DNA of 64,000 nt. Source: Okamejei kenojei. Its lineage: Eukaryota. The notes below the pieces were generated by a model. It was not told the origin of the DNA. It searched no databases and saw only the letters and a program-made list of their open reading frames with translations. Below, piece by piece: positions 14,013-28,051 of the stretch. Where the stretch lies: NCBI GenBank assembly GCA_035221665.1, contig CM069132.1, forward strand, positions 10,664,001-10,728,000, read 5' to 3'. The position numbers were made by a program, and so were the translations under genes. The stretch's first letter is position 1. Every line of letters starts with the position of its first letter.

Positions 14013-15794
14013 AAACAAAATAGCTAAGAGATCTTCTTCACAGCCAAGAACTCTCATTGCAATGCCATTCTATTAAATCTTTGCTCTGCTCCTATCATTT
14101 GTCTTGTTGTATTCCGAGCGTCATGATTAATGTCAGGAACATCTGCTTCCATTGACATGGGATCTAATGTAGCAAAATTGTCTTATTGTGTTTTATGGAG
14201 CATTCACAAATTCAAAAGTTAGTATCAAAGTATGTTAGGGCAAATGAACTAAAACAAAAGTGCTAGGGTTTAAAGATCACCTTATCAGGGAGAGATAAAG
14301 AGCAAAAGTAGCTTTGGGAAGACAATCCAGGGTTTAAGGTTTAGGCAAAGGAACCAATAATTAATCTCAGGAATGAACAAGAGGCTAGAAACAGAGGAGG
14401 TGTATAAGGCAGGAAGAGATGACATTGAGAGGGAAGGAGAAGTGGGACTCAGGGAGAGAGGACACAGCAATGTATGGTACACATGCGGAAATACACAACT
14501 TTAATGATGGTATGGAAATATGTCAACTTCGGGTCAAATTTAAAACCAAACTTGCAAAGACGCTATTCTTTGGTTCAGGTTCATTCTTAACTAGTTGGGA
14601 GTTGATGGTTAGCAAATAGAGTTTGGGTTGGGCTTGGGGTATTCCCAATTTTTTTTAAAATACCCTTTTTTTAAAAATTGTCCATCACTGGCAAGGCCAC
14701 TATTTAATGCATGGTGAATCGCTTTTTCCGAAGCTGGTGGCGAGCTGCCTTACTTGAACCTTTGTGAGGTCTTCGGTTGGATATAAATCCAGCAATGAAA
14801 AGGATGAGTGAAGTCCTTCTATATCAAGTCACAGAGGAGACACTGCAGGTGATTAGGTACCCATGTGCAGCTTTGCCCTTATCTTTCTTGGTGGTAGACA
14901 TCATTGGTTTGGTAGATGCAGCCAGAGTAGCTGGAGACAGTAAGCCCAGTGCATATTGTAGGCAATACACCCAAAATACACTGTTTGCCAACGGTGGAGG
15001 AAATGAAAGATATGGGAGGTTGACGGTGCGTCAAATATCTGGGCTTGTTGTCCTGGATGGCGTTGAGCTTCATAAGTGATTGGAACAGAATTAGGCCATT
15101 TGGCCCATCAAGTCTACTCCACTATTCAATAATGGTTGATCTATCTCTCCCTCTCAACCCCATTCTCCTGCCTTCTCCGCATAACCCCCTGACACCCATA
15201 CTGATCAAGAATCTATCTGTCTCTGCCTTAAAAATATCCACTGACTTGGCCTCCACAGCCGCCTGTGGCAATGAATTCCACGGATTCAACACCCTCTGAC
15301 TGAAGAAATGCACCCTCATCTCCTTTCTAAAGCAACGTCCTTCAACTGAGGCTGTCCTAGGCTCTCCCACTAGTGGAAACATCCTCTCCGCATCCACTCT
15401 ACCCAGCTTTTTTTGAGATCTGTTGGCAAGAATACCATAATTAAGGTTGTTTCCTTGCACTTCTGTATCATATTTCTTGCCTTGTAAATGGGAGAAGGAA
15501 CCTGGAGTGCTGGGGCGTGAGTGAGCCACTTGCCTAGGGCACCCTACCTCTGATTTGTTTTCATACCCAAGATATTTCGGAAGCCAGATATGGCCCAGTG
15601 AAGTTTCTGCTCAGCAGTGACTGTCAAGATATTGATGGTGAGGGAATGATAATATCAAGGGTGAGTGGGCAGACTCTCTCTTGCTTGAGATGGCTGCTAA
15701 CTAGCACGTTCATACTGTGATTGTTACTTGCTGTTTGTCAGCCCACATCATCACAATGTTGTCTGGACCTTGTTCCATGCAAACATGGGCTACT

Positions 15795-16095
15795 TTAGTT
15801 TAGTTTAGATACAGCGAGGAAACAGGCCCTTCAGCCCACAAGATCCATGGCAACCATCGTTCCTCGCGCATTAACACTATCCTACAAACACCAGGGACAA
15901 TTTACACATACACCAAGCCAATTAACCTGCAAGCCTGTATGTCTTTGGAGTGTGGGAGGAAACCAAAGATCTAGGAGTAAACCCACACAGGTCACGGGGA
16001 GAACGTACAAACTCTGCACAGACAGCACCCGTAGGCGGGATCGAACCCGGCGCTGCAAGCGCTGTAAGGCAGCAACCCTACCGCTATGGCACGGG
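15795..16095 (-). mobile_element. HE1-type SINE
   Basis: Reverse complement of the same consensus with (TTTAG)n. Confidence 0.85.
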
Positions 16096-17038
16096 TTGTG
16101 AAAAGTTGAAACACGAAATTGAACGTTGGGCGGGGTGGGAGATTGCAACCTTCGCGTGGTCCGCCCTATTTTGGACTAATGCAATCAACTCGACGTGCAC
16201 ACACAGAAGATCAAATAGAACAAGTTGTCCTACAACTTTAGGCTGTGCACGCCACACGACAGAAGTAGAAGAAGAAGAACATTGGGCAATCATCAGCAAA
16301 AATCTCCACTTTAGCCTTCATCATGCAAGAAAAAACAGAAATGAAGGAGCTGAAGGAGGTAGGACCTAGGAGACTGCCCCAGGAACCCCTTCAGTAGTGA
16401 CTTAGGGCTGAGAAGATTTACTTCCATCACCTATCTTCTTTTATGCATAATATGAATCCAACGACTGCCATGCTTTTCTGTTGATTATTGATCAATTTTA
16501 CCAGCTCCTCAATGTAACACTAGGTAAAATAGAGTCATATAGAGTGATACAGTGTAGTATGGCCCAACTTGCCCACACTGGCCAACATGTCCCAGCTACA
16601 CTAGTCCCACCTGCCTGCAGTTGGTCCATATCCCTCCAAACCTGCCCTATCCATTACCTTTCTAACTGTTTCTTAAATGTTGGGATAGTCCCAGCCTCAA
16701 CTACCTCCTCTGGAAGCTTGTTTCATACAAACCTTTATATGAAAAAGGTTATCCTTCAGATTCCTATGAAATCTTTTCTGCTTCACCTTAAACCTATGGC
16801 TTCTGGTCCTCGATTCACCTACTCTGGACAAGAGACTCTGTGATTCTACCCGATCTATTCCTCTCATTATTTTATACACCTCTATAAGATAACCCCCCAT
16901 TCCTCCTGCGCTCCAGGCAACTCATCCTCTCCCTATAGCTCAGACTCTCTAGTCCTGGCAACATCCTCATAAATCTTCTCTGTACCCTTTCCAGCATGAC
17001 AACATGTTTCCAGCTTGACAATATACTTGACAAATGTT

Positions 17039-17208
17039 AAAGAAGGAACTGCAGATGCTGGAGAATCGAGGGTACACAAAAGGCTGGAGAAACTCAGCGG
17101 GTGCAGCAGCATCTGAATAAGGGTCTCGACCCGAAACGTCACCTATCTCCTTCGCTCCTTAGATGCTGCTGCACCCGCTGAGTTTCTCCAGCCTTTTGTG
17201 TACCCCCC
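17039..17208. mobile_element. Short Penelope-terminal-repeat insertion with internal inversion
   Basis: 15-bp TSD tacttgacaaatgtt (17024-17038 and 17209-17223); two oppositely oriented copies of the repeat. Confidence 0.85.
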
Positions 17209-18269
17209 TACTTGACAAATGTTGCTTTGATGTTACTTCCTAACTCAACTCAGGATTTAAACCCTTTGTTCTGTGTTTGGATCAAAGCTGTGATGGGTTT
17301 TGAAACCAGGTTAGGCCTGGAGAAACCAAAACAGGCCATCCCAAGTAAGTTATTGGTGTATAAGTGCATCTTGACTGTATTGCCGATGTCATCTTCAATC
17401 ACATTATTCATGATTGAGAATAAATGACAGGATGGCTATTAGCCAGAATATATTTCGCCTGCTTTTTGCGAGCCAGACAAACACAGGCAATTTTCAGCTT
17501 CGTTGGGTAAATGGCTTTGTTCTAACCTGGCGCAATAGCATGGCTGGAGGCACAACTAGTGCTGAAGCACAAGTCTTCAGTAATACAGCAGGGATGTTGG
17601 CCAGTCTTGTAGCACTTAGCTGTTGCTTAATGTTACATGGAGGTAATTGAATTGGCTCAACACGGGCTTCTACAAAAATGGATATCTCAGGGGGAAGCTG
17701 ATTGTGATCATCAATACAATGCTTCAGGCTGAATGTGGTTGCAAATGCCTCACATGCTGGGACCTATCATTACGGAGAATGAGCTCTTTCTCCAAAGACG
17801 TGCAGGTATGTAGGTAAATTGGCTTGGTAAATGTAAAAATTGCCCCTAGTGTGTGTAGGATAGTGTTAATATGCGGGAATCACTGGTCGGTGCGGGCTCA
17901 GTGGGGCCTGTTTCCGCGCTGTATCTCTAAACTAAACTAAAAAGGTTCTTGAAGCCTCCTCCTCTTTTAAGCTCTGACTACTGCAAGGGGTTTAGCATGC
18001 AAATGGTCCTGCATTGCAGATTTACTAAGCTGGAACCTCATCACTGTCAGATGGGTCTAATGCAGCTCTCAACATGCCCCCTTAGACTTGCATTGAACTA
18101 GGATTGCTTTCCTGCCTTAATCATAATAATAGAGATAGGAATGTGCTGGGCCAGGAGGTTATAGATTATGCTGGTGTATACTTCTTCTGCTGCTGATACC
18201 ACCCCAGGGATGAAACATTTTGAGTTGCTCGATCTGTGTGGAATTTAAACCAATTATAGGCTGTGTTAT

Positions 18270-18725
18270 AGGAGCGGAAAAGACTACAAAAAGTAGTAAA
18301 CACTGCCCTGTCCATCATCGGCTCTGACCTCCCTACCATCGAGCGGATCTATCGTAGTCGCTGCCTCAAAAAGGCTGGCAGCATCATCAAGGACCCACAC
18401 CATCCTGGCCACACACTCATCTCCCCGCTACCTTCAGGTAGAAGGTACAGGAGCCTGAAGACTGCAACGTCCAGGTTCAGGAATAGCTACTTCCCCACAG
18501 CCATCAGGCTATTAAACTCAACTCAAACAAAACTCTGATCATTAATAGCCCATTATCTGTTTATTTGCACTTTATCTGTTTATTTATTCATGTGTGTATA
18601 TATTTATATAATGGTATATGGACACACTGATCTGTTCTGTATTCATGCCCACCATATTCTATTGTGCTGAAGCAAAGCAAGAATCTTATTGTCCTATCTG
18701 GGACACATGACAATAAACTCTCTTG
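18270..18725 (+). mobile_element. Rex1/Babar-type LINE 3' fragment
   Basis: Highly similar to 20430-20860. Confidence 0.85.
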
Positions 18726-19979
18726 TTAGAGGGACAGGACATGACAGAAAGGTGGACACAAAAATGTGGAGAAACTCAGCGGGTCAGGCAGCATCTCTGG
18801 AGAGAAGGAATGGTTGATGTTTCCGGTCGAGACCCCTCATCAGACAAGGTGTTCTTGGTACAAAGATGGGCTTTGTGGCCACAAGGACTGTGTGGCGGTC
18901 ACTTCTACCAATGGTATCATGGACAGATGCATCTTCCAAGGGTTGATTGATGAAAACAAGGGCAAGTAGATCACTATCTGCCCCAGGCTTTAGTCGGCTG
19001 AGTCTATGCAGATGCGAGCAGGCCACTCTTGATGTTGGATAATGACATCCCCTGCCTGGAGTATATTCTGTGCCCTTGCTACTTTTGGAGCTTCTTTCAA
19101 TTGTTTCTCAGCGCAGATGAACACAGCAAATCCGAGGCCATGAGAACTCATGGGTTCTGGAACCGAAGTTGAGGATTGAGGGTTATTCACCCCTTTCTGT
19201 GTGCTATAGTGCAGACACCTCCGGTGCCTTGTCCTGTCGGTGGGACAAGACATTCTCAGGGATTAGACAATAGACAATAGACAATAGGTGCAGGAGTAGG
19301 CCATTTGGCCTTTCGAGCCAGCACCGCCATTCACTGTGATCATGGCTGATCAACACACTCAGTACCCCGTTCCTGCCTTTTCCCCATTCCCCCGGGTCCG
19401 CTATCTTTAAGAGCTCTATCCAACTCCCTTGAAAGCATCCAGAAAATTGGCCTCCACTGGCTTCTGTGGCAGAGAATTCCACAGATTCGCAACCTTTCTG
19501 TGTGAAAAAGCTTTTTCACATCTCCGTTCTAAATGGCGTATGCCTTATTCTTAAACTGTGGCCCCTGGTTCTGGACTCCCCCAACATTGGGAACACGTTT
19601 CCTGCGTCTAGCGTGTCCAAACCCTCAATGATCTTATATGTTTCAATAAGATCATCTCTCATCCTTCTAAACTTCCAGAGCACACAAGCCCAGACACTCC
19701 ATTGTATCAACATATGACAGTCCCGCCATCCCGGGGATTAACTGTGATGGATGAGCCAAGCACATTGCCGGAGAAGGTCTGTTCATCTACTAATGAATGC
19801 TGGACATTACACTCTAACAATTTAGCGATAGTGGATATTTTTTAAGAAAGAACTGCAGATGCTGGAAAAATCGAAGGTAGATGTGGGGGTGGTGGGGGGG
19901 GGGGGGGGGGGGGGGGCGCGGGAAGAAGAAAGATAGAGGCGGAGTCAGTGGGCTGTGGGAGAGCTGGGAAGGGTCAGAG

Positions 19980-20878
19980 ATGGACTCCATCATCAAGTTC
20001 GCTGACGACACCACTGTTGTGGGACGTATCACTGATGGGGACGAGTCAGAGTACAGAAGTGAGATCGACCGATTGACCATATGGTGCCAGCACAATAACC
20101 TGGCTTTCAACACCAGCAAAACCAAGGAACTGATTGTGGACTTCGGAAGGGGTAGGATGGGGACCCACAGTCCCGTTTATATCAACGGGTCGATGGTGGA
20201 AAGGGTCAAGAACTTCAAATTCCTGGTCGTGCATATTTCCGAAGATCTCTCCACGTCCGAGAACACTGATGCAATCATAAAGAAAGCACATCAGCGCCTC
20301 TACTTCCTGAGAAGATTACGGAGAGTCGGTTTGTCAAGGAGGACTCTCTCGAACGTCTACAGGTGCACAGTAGAGAGCTTGCTGACCGGTTGCATCGTGG
20401 CTTGGTACGGCAACCTGAGCGTCCAGGAACAGAAAAGGCTGCAAAATGTTGTAAACACTGCCCAGTCCATCATCGGCTCAGGCCTCCCTACCATCGAGGG
20501 GATCTATCGTAGTCGCTGCTTCAAAAAGGCTGGCAGCATCATCAAGACCCACACCATCCTGGCCACACACTCATCTCTCCGCTGCCATCGGGTAGAAGGT
20601 ACAGGAGCATGAAATCTGCAACATCCAGGTTCAGGAATAGATTCTTCCCCACAGCCATCAGACTATTAAACACAACTTCAAACAAACTCTGAACTATAAC
20701 AGCCTATTGCACTTCATCTGTGTATTTATGTGTGTGTATATATATTCTATGGTATATGGACACACTGATCTGATCTGTATTTATGACTACAATATTCTGT
20801 TGTGCTGCAGCAAGCAAGAATTTCATTGTCCTATCTGGGACACATGACAATAAACTCTCTTGACTTGACTTGACTTGA
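19980..20878 (+). mobile_element. Rex1/Babar-clade LINE, 5'-truncated (RT C-terminus + 3' UTR)
   Basis: IIKFADDTTVVGRI...WCQHNNLAFNTSKTKELIVDF...KKAHQRLYFLRRLRR...YRCTVESLLTGCIVAWYGN; ends AATAAA + (CTTGA)n. Confidence 0.9.
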
Positions 20879-22649
20879 AACTCACGTGAATGTTCAGGCA
20901 ATACCAGGGAGGTGAAAATTAACAAGGCCAAAATCTCATCCTTAGAAAAGACCCAAGGCAAATTGGCACAGGGAGTGAAAGGTGAATGCCAGCATATAAC
21001 TAGAAAGGTAAGTATTGAACCATCCGAGTGCAGTCCCAGCCAACAGTGGAGGTACCCGGAAAGAATTATCCCAAGGGTCTGATCACAACCTCAAAGTTAG
21101 TGCGCATTTGTGTTGAATATGTAAGGATCCGCGTAACAATATCGCCAGGGCCCGAGCAAGCATTTGCCAAAGTCTTTCACAAGTGGGAAAAGGAGAAAAT
21201 ATTTCTTTGTTTCTGAATGCAGAGCTCAAGTCCAAAGATGAGGACGCACAGCTCCAACTCAGTCCGTCTGAGAACGATTTATGGTCAATCCAGTTTTCAC
21301 AGAATGAACAAAACACCAGTGGGGGAAAGAGGGGGGGGGGTGGAAAGAAGCAAAGTGACAGGAACATTGTGCATGATGAATTAAAATGGTCATATTGAAC
21401 AAAAATAATAAAAAAATAAGATTACAAGCTTTCCATACAGCTATTAATCAATGTAAATATCTGGTTTTCATGAAACTTGCAAATACATTTAGATTAGCCA
21501 GTTTTTAGCCATGCAATAGGTAGTTGGGAAACGTTCATTTAAAAAAAAAAATTTGTTGCTTCAATACATTCACATACGATTGCGAACTGCGATTTGGCAA
21601 CTAAATTAAACTACCGAACCTGCCATTTAGGAAATAATTCTATTCCTCCAGATAATTGTCCTTGTCCTTCAGAACCCGGCCTGTACATGACAGGAAACTG
21701 TTTAAAAACTGTTATAAAATTAAAATACACAATCGTCTGCTCTTTGACCCACTATGGTTAAGTTCCAAGTCTTTCAGAGTCCAACCTTTTCTCACAGTTC
21801 TGGTTCCCAGACTGTGTGCTTTTCCGTCCCTACCCCCCACCCCCCACCATCGCCTGCCCCAACCCCCACCTACCCGCCCCTCCATCAACAGTCTACACAC
21901 CGGAAATCTGCTCACAAAAATATTTTGTGCACATTGGGAAAAAAGGCACAGATTTCCACTTGAAGAAAACCGATGTTGCTTCGCAATGGAAACAAAAGCC
22001 CAGACTCTAACAAGTAAAACACAGATTTTATCTTTAATGTGATTCAAGAAATAAAAAAAGCAGAATATTGGCACTTACATTACAATCAACAATTAGAAAA
22101 TAAAAACTCAAGAATGCATTCGTGATGTTGTAAAAGATGGTTTAAAAACAAATTGTACACATACTAACACACCCGACTCAAGTGATACTTTTGGAACCCA
22201 AAGCTTGTAAAGATGACAAGAACATATAGTCAATCCCTTGAACCATTAAAAATTTGTAATTATCAAGGCTTCCGAAGATCCATTTTAGAGAGTAAAATGG
22301 GATACGACACAGTAGTATGGCTTCAGGTGATCTTTCATTGGGACTCGACACCCAACCTGGCTTGGTTTTTGCTGGTTATTGTCTCACAAGAAAACGTTCC
22401 ACACACTCTGGTTAAACCTAAGGCAGTCAGCTATCCCACATGCATATTGGAGGTGTCCACCTGCATGCGCGCTGCCATTTTGTATCACATGCTTGCCACT
22501 TTGTTTTCCTCTGACCGCAGACTAAAGCTGAAGCCCCCGAGATAGGTAAAGAAAGTGGGGCACAAACTTGCAGTGGGACCAAACAGTGAGCATGCAGCGA
22601 ATATTTCTCAAATCGTGTTAGAACAGAACTAACAGTTGTGGTTGGGTGC

Positions 22650-22710
22650 AAGCATTCCTAAATCAATACACCCCCAAATTATAAACAAACATGCGTTAAT
22701 TTATTTTATT
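22650..22710 (-). promoter_or_regulatory. Candidate intronic polyadenylation signal
   Basis: Two overlapping AATAAA on the minus strand (22705-22710, 22700-22705) followed by a GT/T-rich tract (catgtttgtttataatttgggggtgtattgattt). Confidence 0.5.
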
Positions 22711-22891
22711 CACAATTATTTTGTTACAAGCAATCACATTTGTCAATCGCGTAAGGCAGGCATGTTTTAACCCGACACAATACAAGTCCACTCATTACAT
22801 ATAATGGAAGCCTACTTCATTTTTCTGATGCTTACAAAGTTGATTGGTGAAAATGACAAGCCATGTGGTGGACTCGTTCTCCCCCTCCTCG

Positions 22892-22922
<31 letters not shown>

Positions 22923-23333
22923 ACCCCCCCCCCCACCCCCCCCTCACCCCTCACCCCTTTGTTTCCAACCTAGCACAGCTTCGCAGTCGAGTCTCAACAC
23001 ACCGACTCTGGAACGTAGCGAGCTTCATTAGTTCATTCAGACAGAGCTTGTCCCAGAAGAGGAATGGATTAGTCCAGTTAATCAGGATAGCACCAGCCAG
23101 GGGTCTCTCCGCATAAACTGATGCCACGCAAACAATGATGGGATGACAAATATGAGACGAGAAATGATCAATGATGCACCACAGATGTAGATTACAGGTT
23201 AGATGTGAGCCGGTGATATAAAAGTGACTTCTCACTCACTGTCTTTACCGCACCGAGGCCCAAGGTTCAACGCTTGGAGGTGCTGTTGTTAGTCAATGTC
23301 CATTGCCCTCCGTCCCCAGATGGCTGCAGTCTA

Positions 23334-23513
<180 letters not shown>

Positions 23514-23820
23514 TTAAAGTATGTGAAGCCAAAGACAGCAATAATGCAATTCGCCACAGAGATGACAGAACTCGGGCTTCATTTTTAATTTACTGCCATG
23601 CAAATCAGGCAAAGTGAAGAGGGAACCAGCTGGCAAGAGGCCGTCATTAGGATCTGCTCCTTTCCAATTTCTCCCCATCACAACGGCAGATTTATACTGG
23701 GGAAATCACCGATGTGTAGAGGGAAATTATCCACTCAAGCTAGTAGTATGCATGTGCAAAAACTCAACATTGCAGAACAAGGCAACCGTTTAACCAAAGA
23801 TGTCCAATTACAATCAAATA

Positions 23821-24122
23821 AAGGGGCCTGTCCCACTGTCCCGAGTTAAAAAAAAAAAATCGAACTCGCGGTAAGTACGTAGAATGTACGTAGCTCGGGA
23901 CGTCGGAGCTCGGGACGTCCCTTAGCAGCTCGTAACGCTAACGGCAGGCACTCGTGAAACGCGGTTAGCTCGTGAAGACTCGTGAAAATTTTCCAACCTG
24001 TTGAAAAATGTCCACGAGAGCCCCGAGTACCGACGAGCGGCTATTACCGTAATTCCCCGAGTTCGAATCGGGGGAAACACGAGAGAACTCTTGAATTAGC
24101 TCGTACAGTGGGATAGCCCCTT
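23821..24122. mobile_element. MITE of the CTGTCCCAC-TIR family
   Basis: TA|aaggggcctgtcccac...gtgggatagcccctt|TA. Confidence 0.85.
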
Positions 24123-24159
24123 TATTCTCTGCAGGAAACATAACATGACCGATTTTAAT

Positions 24160-24383
24160 GTGGAAGAAAGAACTGCAGATGCTGGATAAAATTGAAGGTA
24201 GACACAAAATGCTGGAGCAACTCAGCGGGTGAGGCAGCATTTATAAATCAAAGGAGATGGTGTGTACGAAAGAATGTCGGAGAGACTGGAAGAAGGGTCC
24301 CTGACCCGAAACGTCGCCCATTCCTTCTCCCCATAGATGCTGCTTCATCCGCTGAATTACTCCAGCATTTTGTGTCTCTCTGC
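24160..24383. mobile_element. Short Penelope-terminal-repeat insertion with internal inversion
   Basis: 13-bp TSD gaccgattttaat (24147-24159 and 24384-24396); inverted arms. Confidence 0.85.
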
Positions 24384-25264
24384 GACCGATTTTAATTTGC
24401 GTTTGGAAGCGGGTGGTTTTCCCCTTTTTCTGCGCTACGTCTCAATTCTGGATTGAAAGGGTCGGTGCGTATCATGTCCCACAGAGGCAGTGCGGCAGAT
24501 TACTTAATCAATTTGAACACAGCCATCAATCATCTCGGAATCTTAGTTAATTATCTAATTAATAAAACAAAATTCAGCTTCAGACCAAAAACAGGAAGTA
24601 AGATATTCAAAGCTAAATCTAGGTGTTACTTAATTTTTTCTAATGAATTATTTTCTCATGATTATAAATCTTTTTTTTTTCTTTTTTCGGCTAAGCTGTT
24701 TCCTAATTTAAGTGATTAATATGTCTCCAGACCCTTCATTGTTGCTAATTTAATTTGCAGCAATTTACCACTATTGATTGGCCACATTCCAAATGAAAAG
24801 TTGAACAGGTCTAGGGACCGATGAGCGACTCCAGACAGCAAATTCTGTACTATATTCCTCAAGTGGTACAAATATGCGCCAATTGCCTTCTCGAGTTTAT
24901 ATGAGAGTTTGCTTCAGTGCCATAACTGCCAGCAAGTATACTTTTGAATTTAAGAAAAAATGCCCTCATGTATTCAAGAATTAGCTATTAGGGCCAACGG
25001 AATCAAGGGATATGGGGAGAAGGCAGGAACGGGGTACTGATTCTGGATGATCGGCCATGATCACATTGAATGGTGGTGCTGGCTCGAAGGGCCGAATGGC
25101 CTACTCCTGCACCTATTGTCTATGTATCTATGTTTCTATCAGAGTTCTTGCCTTCCTCAGGGTTGATGTTACTGGTTATACTGATATTAGGTGAAGCCTG
25201 TCCTCATGCAAGGCGGCGAGCTGGAGAGGCAGAGGGAGGTTGGGACACAAAACACCACCTCTGG

Positions 25265-25545
25265 GAGCAGCACGGTTGCGCAGTGGTAGAGTTGCTACCT
25301 TACAGCACCAGCGACCCGGGTTCAATCCTGACTACGAGTAATGAGTTTGTATATTCTCCCCGTGACCGCGTGGGTTTTCTCCGGGTGCTCCGGTTTCTTC
25401 CCCACACTCCAAAGACGTACAAATTTGGTTAAAAAAAAAGTAAATTGTCCCTAGTGTGTAGAATAGTACTAGTGTACGGGGATTGCTGGTCGGTGCGGAC
25501 ACGGTGGGCTGAAGGACCTGTTTCTGCACTGTGTCTCAATCTCAA
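25265..25545 (+). mobile_element. HE1-type SINE
   Basis: A/B boxes, core and tail present. Confidence 0.85.
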
Positions 25546-27407
25546 AACAAAATGTGACTATCCGTGTTCTCCAGAAATGCTCCTGACCCGCTGAGTTACT
25601 CCAGCACTGTGTGTCTTTTTTTTGTAAACCAGCATCTGCGGTTCCTTGTTTCTCTGTTGAGCAAAGGAGGATATTAAAGATGGTCCCTAGGCACCCCACA
25701 TTTCACCCCTCCACTCCTCATGACACCCTTTCATCCCCTTTTCACCACTAGCCTTTATCACTTACTCCACAAAGTCTCTCGCCAGTATCCACCTATCACT
25801 TGCCAGGCTTTGGCCTGCCTCCAACTTTCTTTTCCAGCTTTCTACCCACAACTCCAATCAGTCGAAAGAATTATCCCGACTCAATAGACAATAGACAATA
25901 GGTGCAGGAGTAGGCTGCATTCAATGTGATCATGGCTGATCATCCCCAATCAGTACCCCGTTCCTGCCTTCTCCCCACATCCCCTGACTCCGCTATTTTT
26001 AAGAGCCCTATCTAGCTCTCTCTTGAAAGCATCCAGAGAACCTGCCTCCACCGCCCTCTGAGGCAGAGAATTCCACAGACTCGCCACTCTCTGTGAGAAA
26101 AAGTGTTTCCTCGTCTCCGTTCTAAATGGCTTACCCCTTATTCTTAAACTGTGGCCCCTGGTTCTGGACTCCCCCAACATTGGAAACATGTTTCCTGCCT
26201 CTAGTGTGTCCAAGCCCTTAACAATCTTGTATGTTTCCAAACGTCGCCTATCCATTCCCTCCCCAGATGCTGACTGGCCCACTGAGTTCCTCCTCCAGCA
26301 GTTTGACCTTTGCTCACGATTCCAGCATCAGCAGCTCCCTCTCTAAGGGTAATGCTTCTGCTACACTTAAGATACATGGACTCGAGGGAGAATGGTGGGA
26401 AAATTAAGAATATACATTCTTGGAAGATCAAAGAGAGAAAAAGTAAATCAAAGCAGAAAAAATAAGCTTGTGACAGATGCCAGATTGTTAAAAGTAAGTT
26501 ATAGACTTCAAGGATGTTAACAGTCAATAATAGCCTTCAAAGAGATATCAACCTACTTTAGAATGGGTGAATAGGAAGCAGAATAAACTTCATACTGGTA
26601 AACAGACACAAAATGCTGGAGTGACTCAGTGCGACAGGCAGCTAGTATAGGAAAGAACTGCAGATGCTGGTTTAAATCGAAGGTAGACACAAAATGCCGG
26701 AGTAACTCAGCGGGACAGGCAGCATCTCCGGAGAGAAGGAAAGGGCGACGTTTCTGGTCGAGACCCTTCTTCAGACTGAGAGTCAGGGGAGAGGGAGACA
26801 TGGAGATATGGACGGGTAAGGTGCGAAAACGAGAGATCAAAGGGGACAAAGCTCAAGGAAAATGTAGAGTAAAAGATCATCGTCAGCTGAAGGAAGGTAA
26901 GAACGAAGTATTCGCACTGATCGAAGACGGGACGGGCAGAATCTCTGGAGAGAAGGAATGGGTGACGTTTCGGGTCGAGACCCTTCTTCAGACTGATTAT
27001 TCATACTGATCAATCGAAATAGAAAACATGTTGCGTTTCGACAAAGAATACACAAAGTCCAGAAGGAGAGTCAGAAAGAAAATAAGAGAAGCAGGGAAAC
27101 AAAGCATGGGAAAAGATTGGCAACACAACATGAAAGGAAATTCCAAAACATATTGCAAGCATGTAAACAGGAAAAGCATGACAAGTGGAGAGTTGGACTG
27201 GTCAGAGTCAAAAAAAGGAAACCTGCTCTGGGAGCCACAGATTCTGAATGTGTATTTTACATTCTCATTTCTGAAGGAAGCACATGCTGCTGCAGTCTCT
27301 GAAAAGGAAATTGTGCAATGGTCTAAAAATAGAAAATTAAGTACTAACTGCAATTAATCACCTGGGCCAGGTGGGTTGCTGAGGAAGTATATGAGGAAGT
27401 TAAACAT

Positions 27408-27712
27408 GTTTAGTTTAGTTTAGAGATACAGCACGGAAACAGGCCCTTCGGCCCGCCGGGTCTGCACCGATCTGCGACCCCCGCACACTAACACTATCCT
27501 ACACACGCTAGGGACAATTTACTTTCACACCAAGCCAAGCCAACTGACCTACAAACCTGTACGTCTTCGAAGTGTAGGAGGAAACCGAAGATCGCGGAGT
27601 AATCCCACGCAGGTCACAGGGTGAACGTACTAACTCCGCACAGACAGCGCCCGTAGTCGGGATCGAACCCGGGTCGCCTGTAAAGCAGCAACTCTACCGC
27701 TGCGCCACCGTG
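27408..27712 (-). mobile_element. HE1-type SINE
   Basis: Full-length reverse copy. Confidence 0.88.
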
Positions 27713-27867
27713 CTACCCGCTGTCCTGGCCACAATTTCCCATACATCTATACGTAGATGTGTGGTGGTTCTTTGGCACTGGAATATTACAAATGTTTTTC
27801 CCTTGTTCAAAGAAAATGTGAAAGGAAAAGCCAAGCAACTGCAGACCAGTCATTACAGCTTCAAATG

Positions 27868-28051
27868 GGGTCAAGGGAAGAGCGCTCATGTTCACGTGGC
27901 GGCCCTGTTTCCACCCATCTTTCCAACGCCACACACAAGGAGCACAAGAAGCGACAAGACAGACATCATTGAGAGCAGATGCCGAGAAGTGTGTTAGACT
28001 CTGGCTGAACAACTTCTAACCTTGTGAGTGGACTCGATGAGAAGAAGATGA
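27868..28051 (+). mobile_element. ~185-bp retroposon with GAA-rich tail
   Basis: 11-bp TSD agcttcaaatg (27857-27867 and 28052-28062); diverged second copy at about 53700-53875 on the minus strand. Confidence 0.75.

Larger units (their letters stand above)
14690..19810 (-). mobile_element. Old, highly diverged LINE broken up by younger insertions
   Basis: Degenerate RT-like segments on the minus strand (for example 17340-17430 resembles a PISLLSIISKVME-type motif) between younger SINE/LINE copies. Boundaries uncertain. Confidence 0.45.

Noticed and set aside
22890-22960. Long C/G homopolymer tracts (also about 3560, 19890, 59320-59470) as G-quadruplexes
   Set aside because: Low-complexity tracts of unreliable length in assemblies; nothing specific supports function.
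23230-23245. Second donor-like GTGAGT about 100 nt into the intron (minus strand)
   Set aside because: Lies after the in-frame stop and has no independent support.
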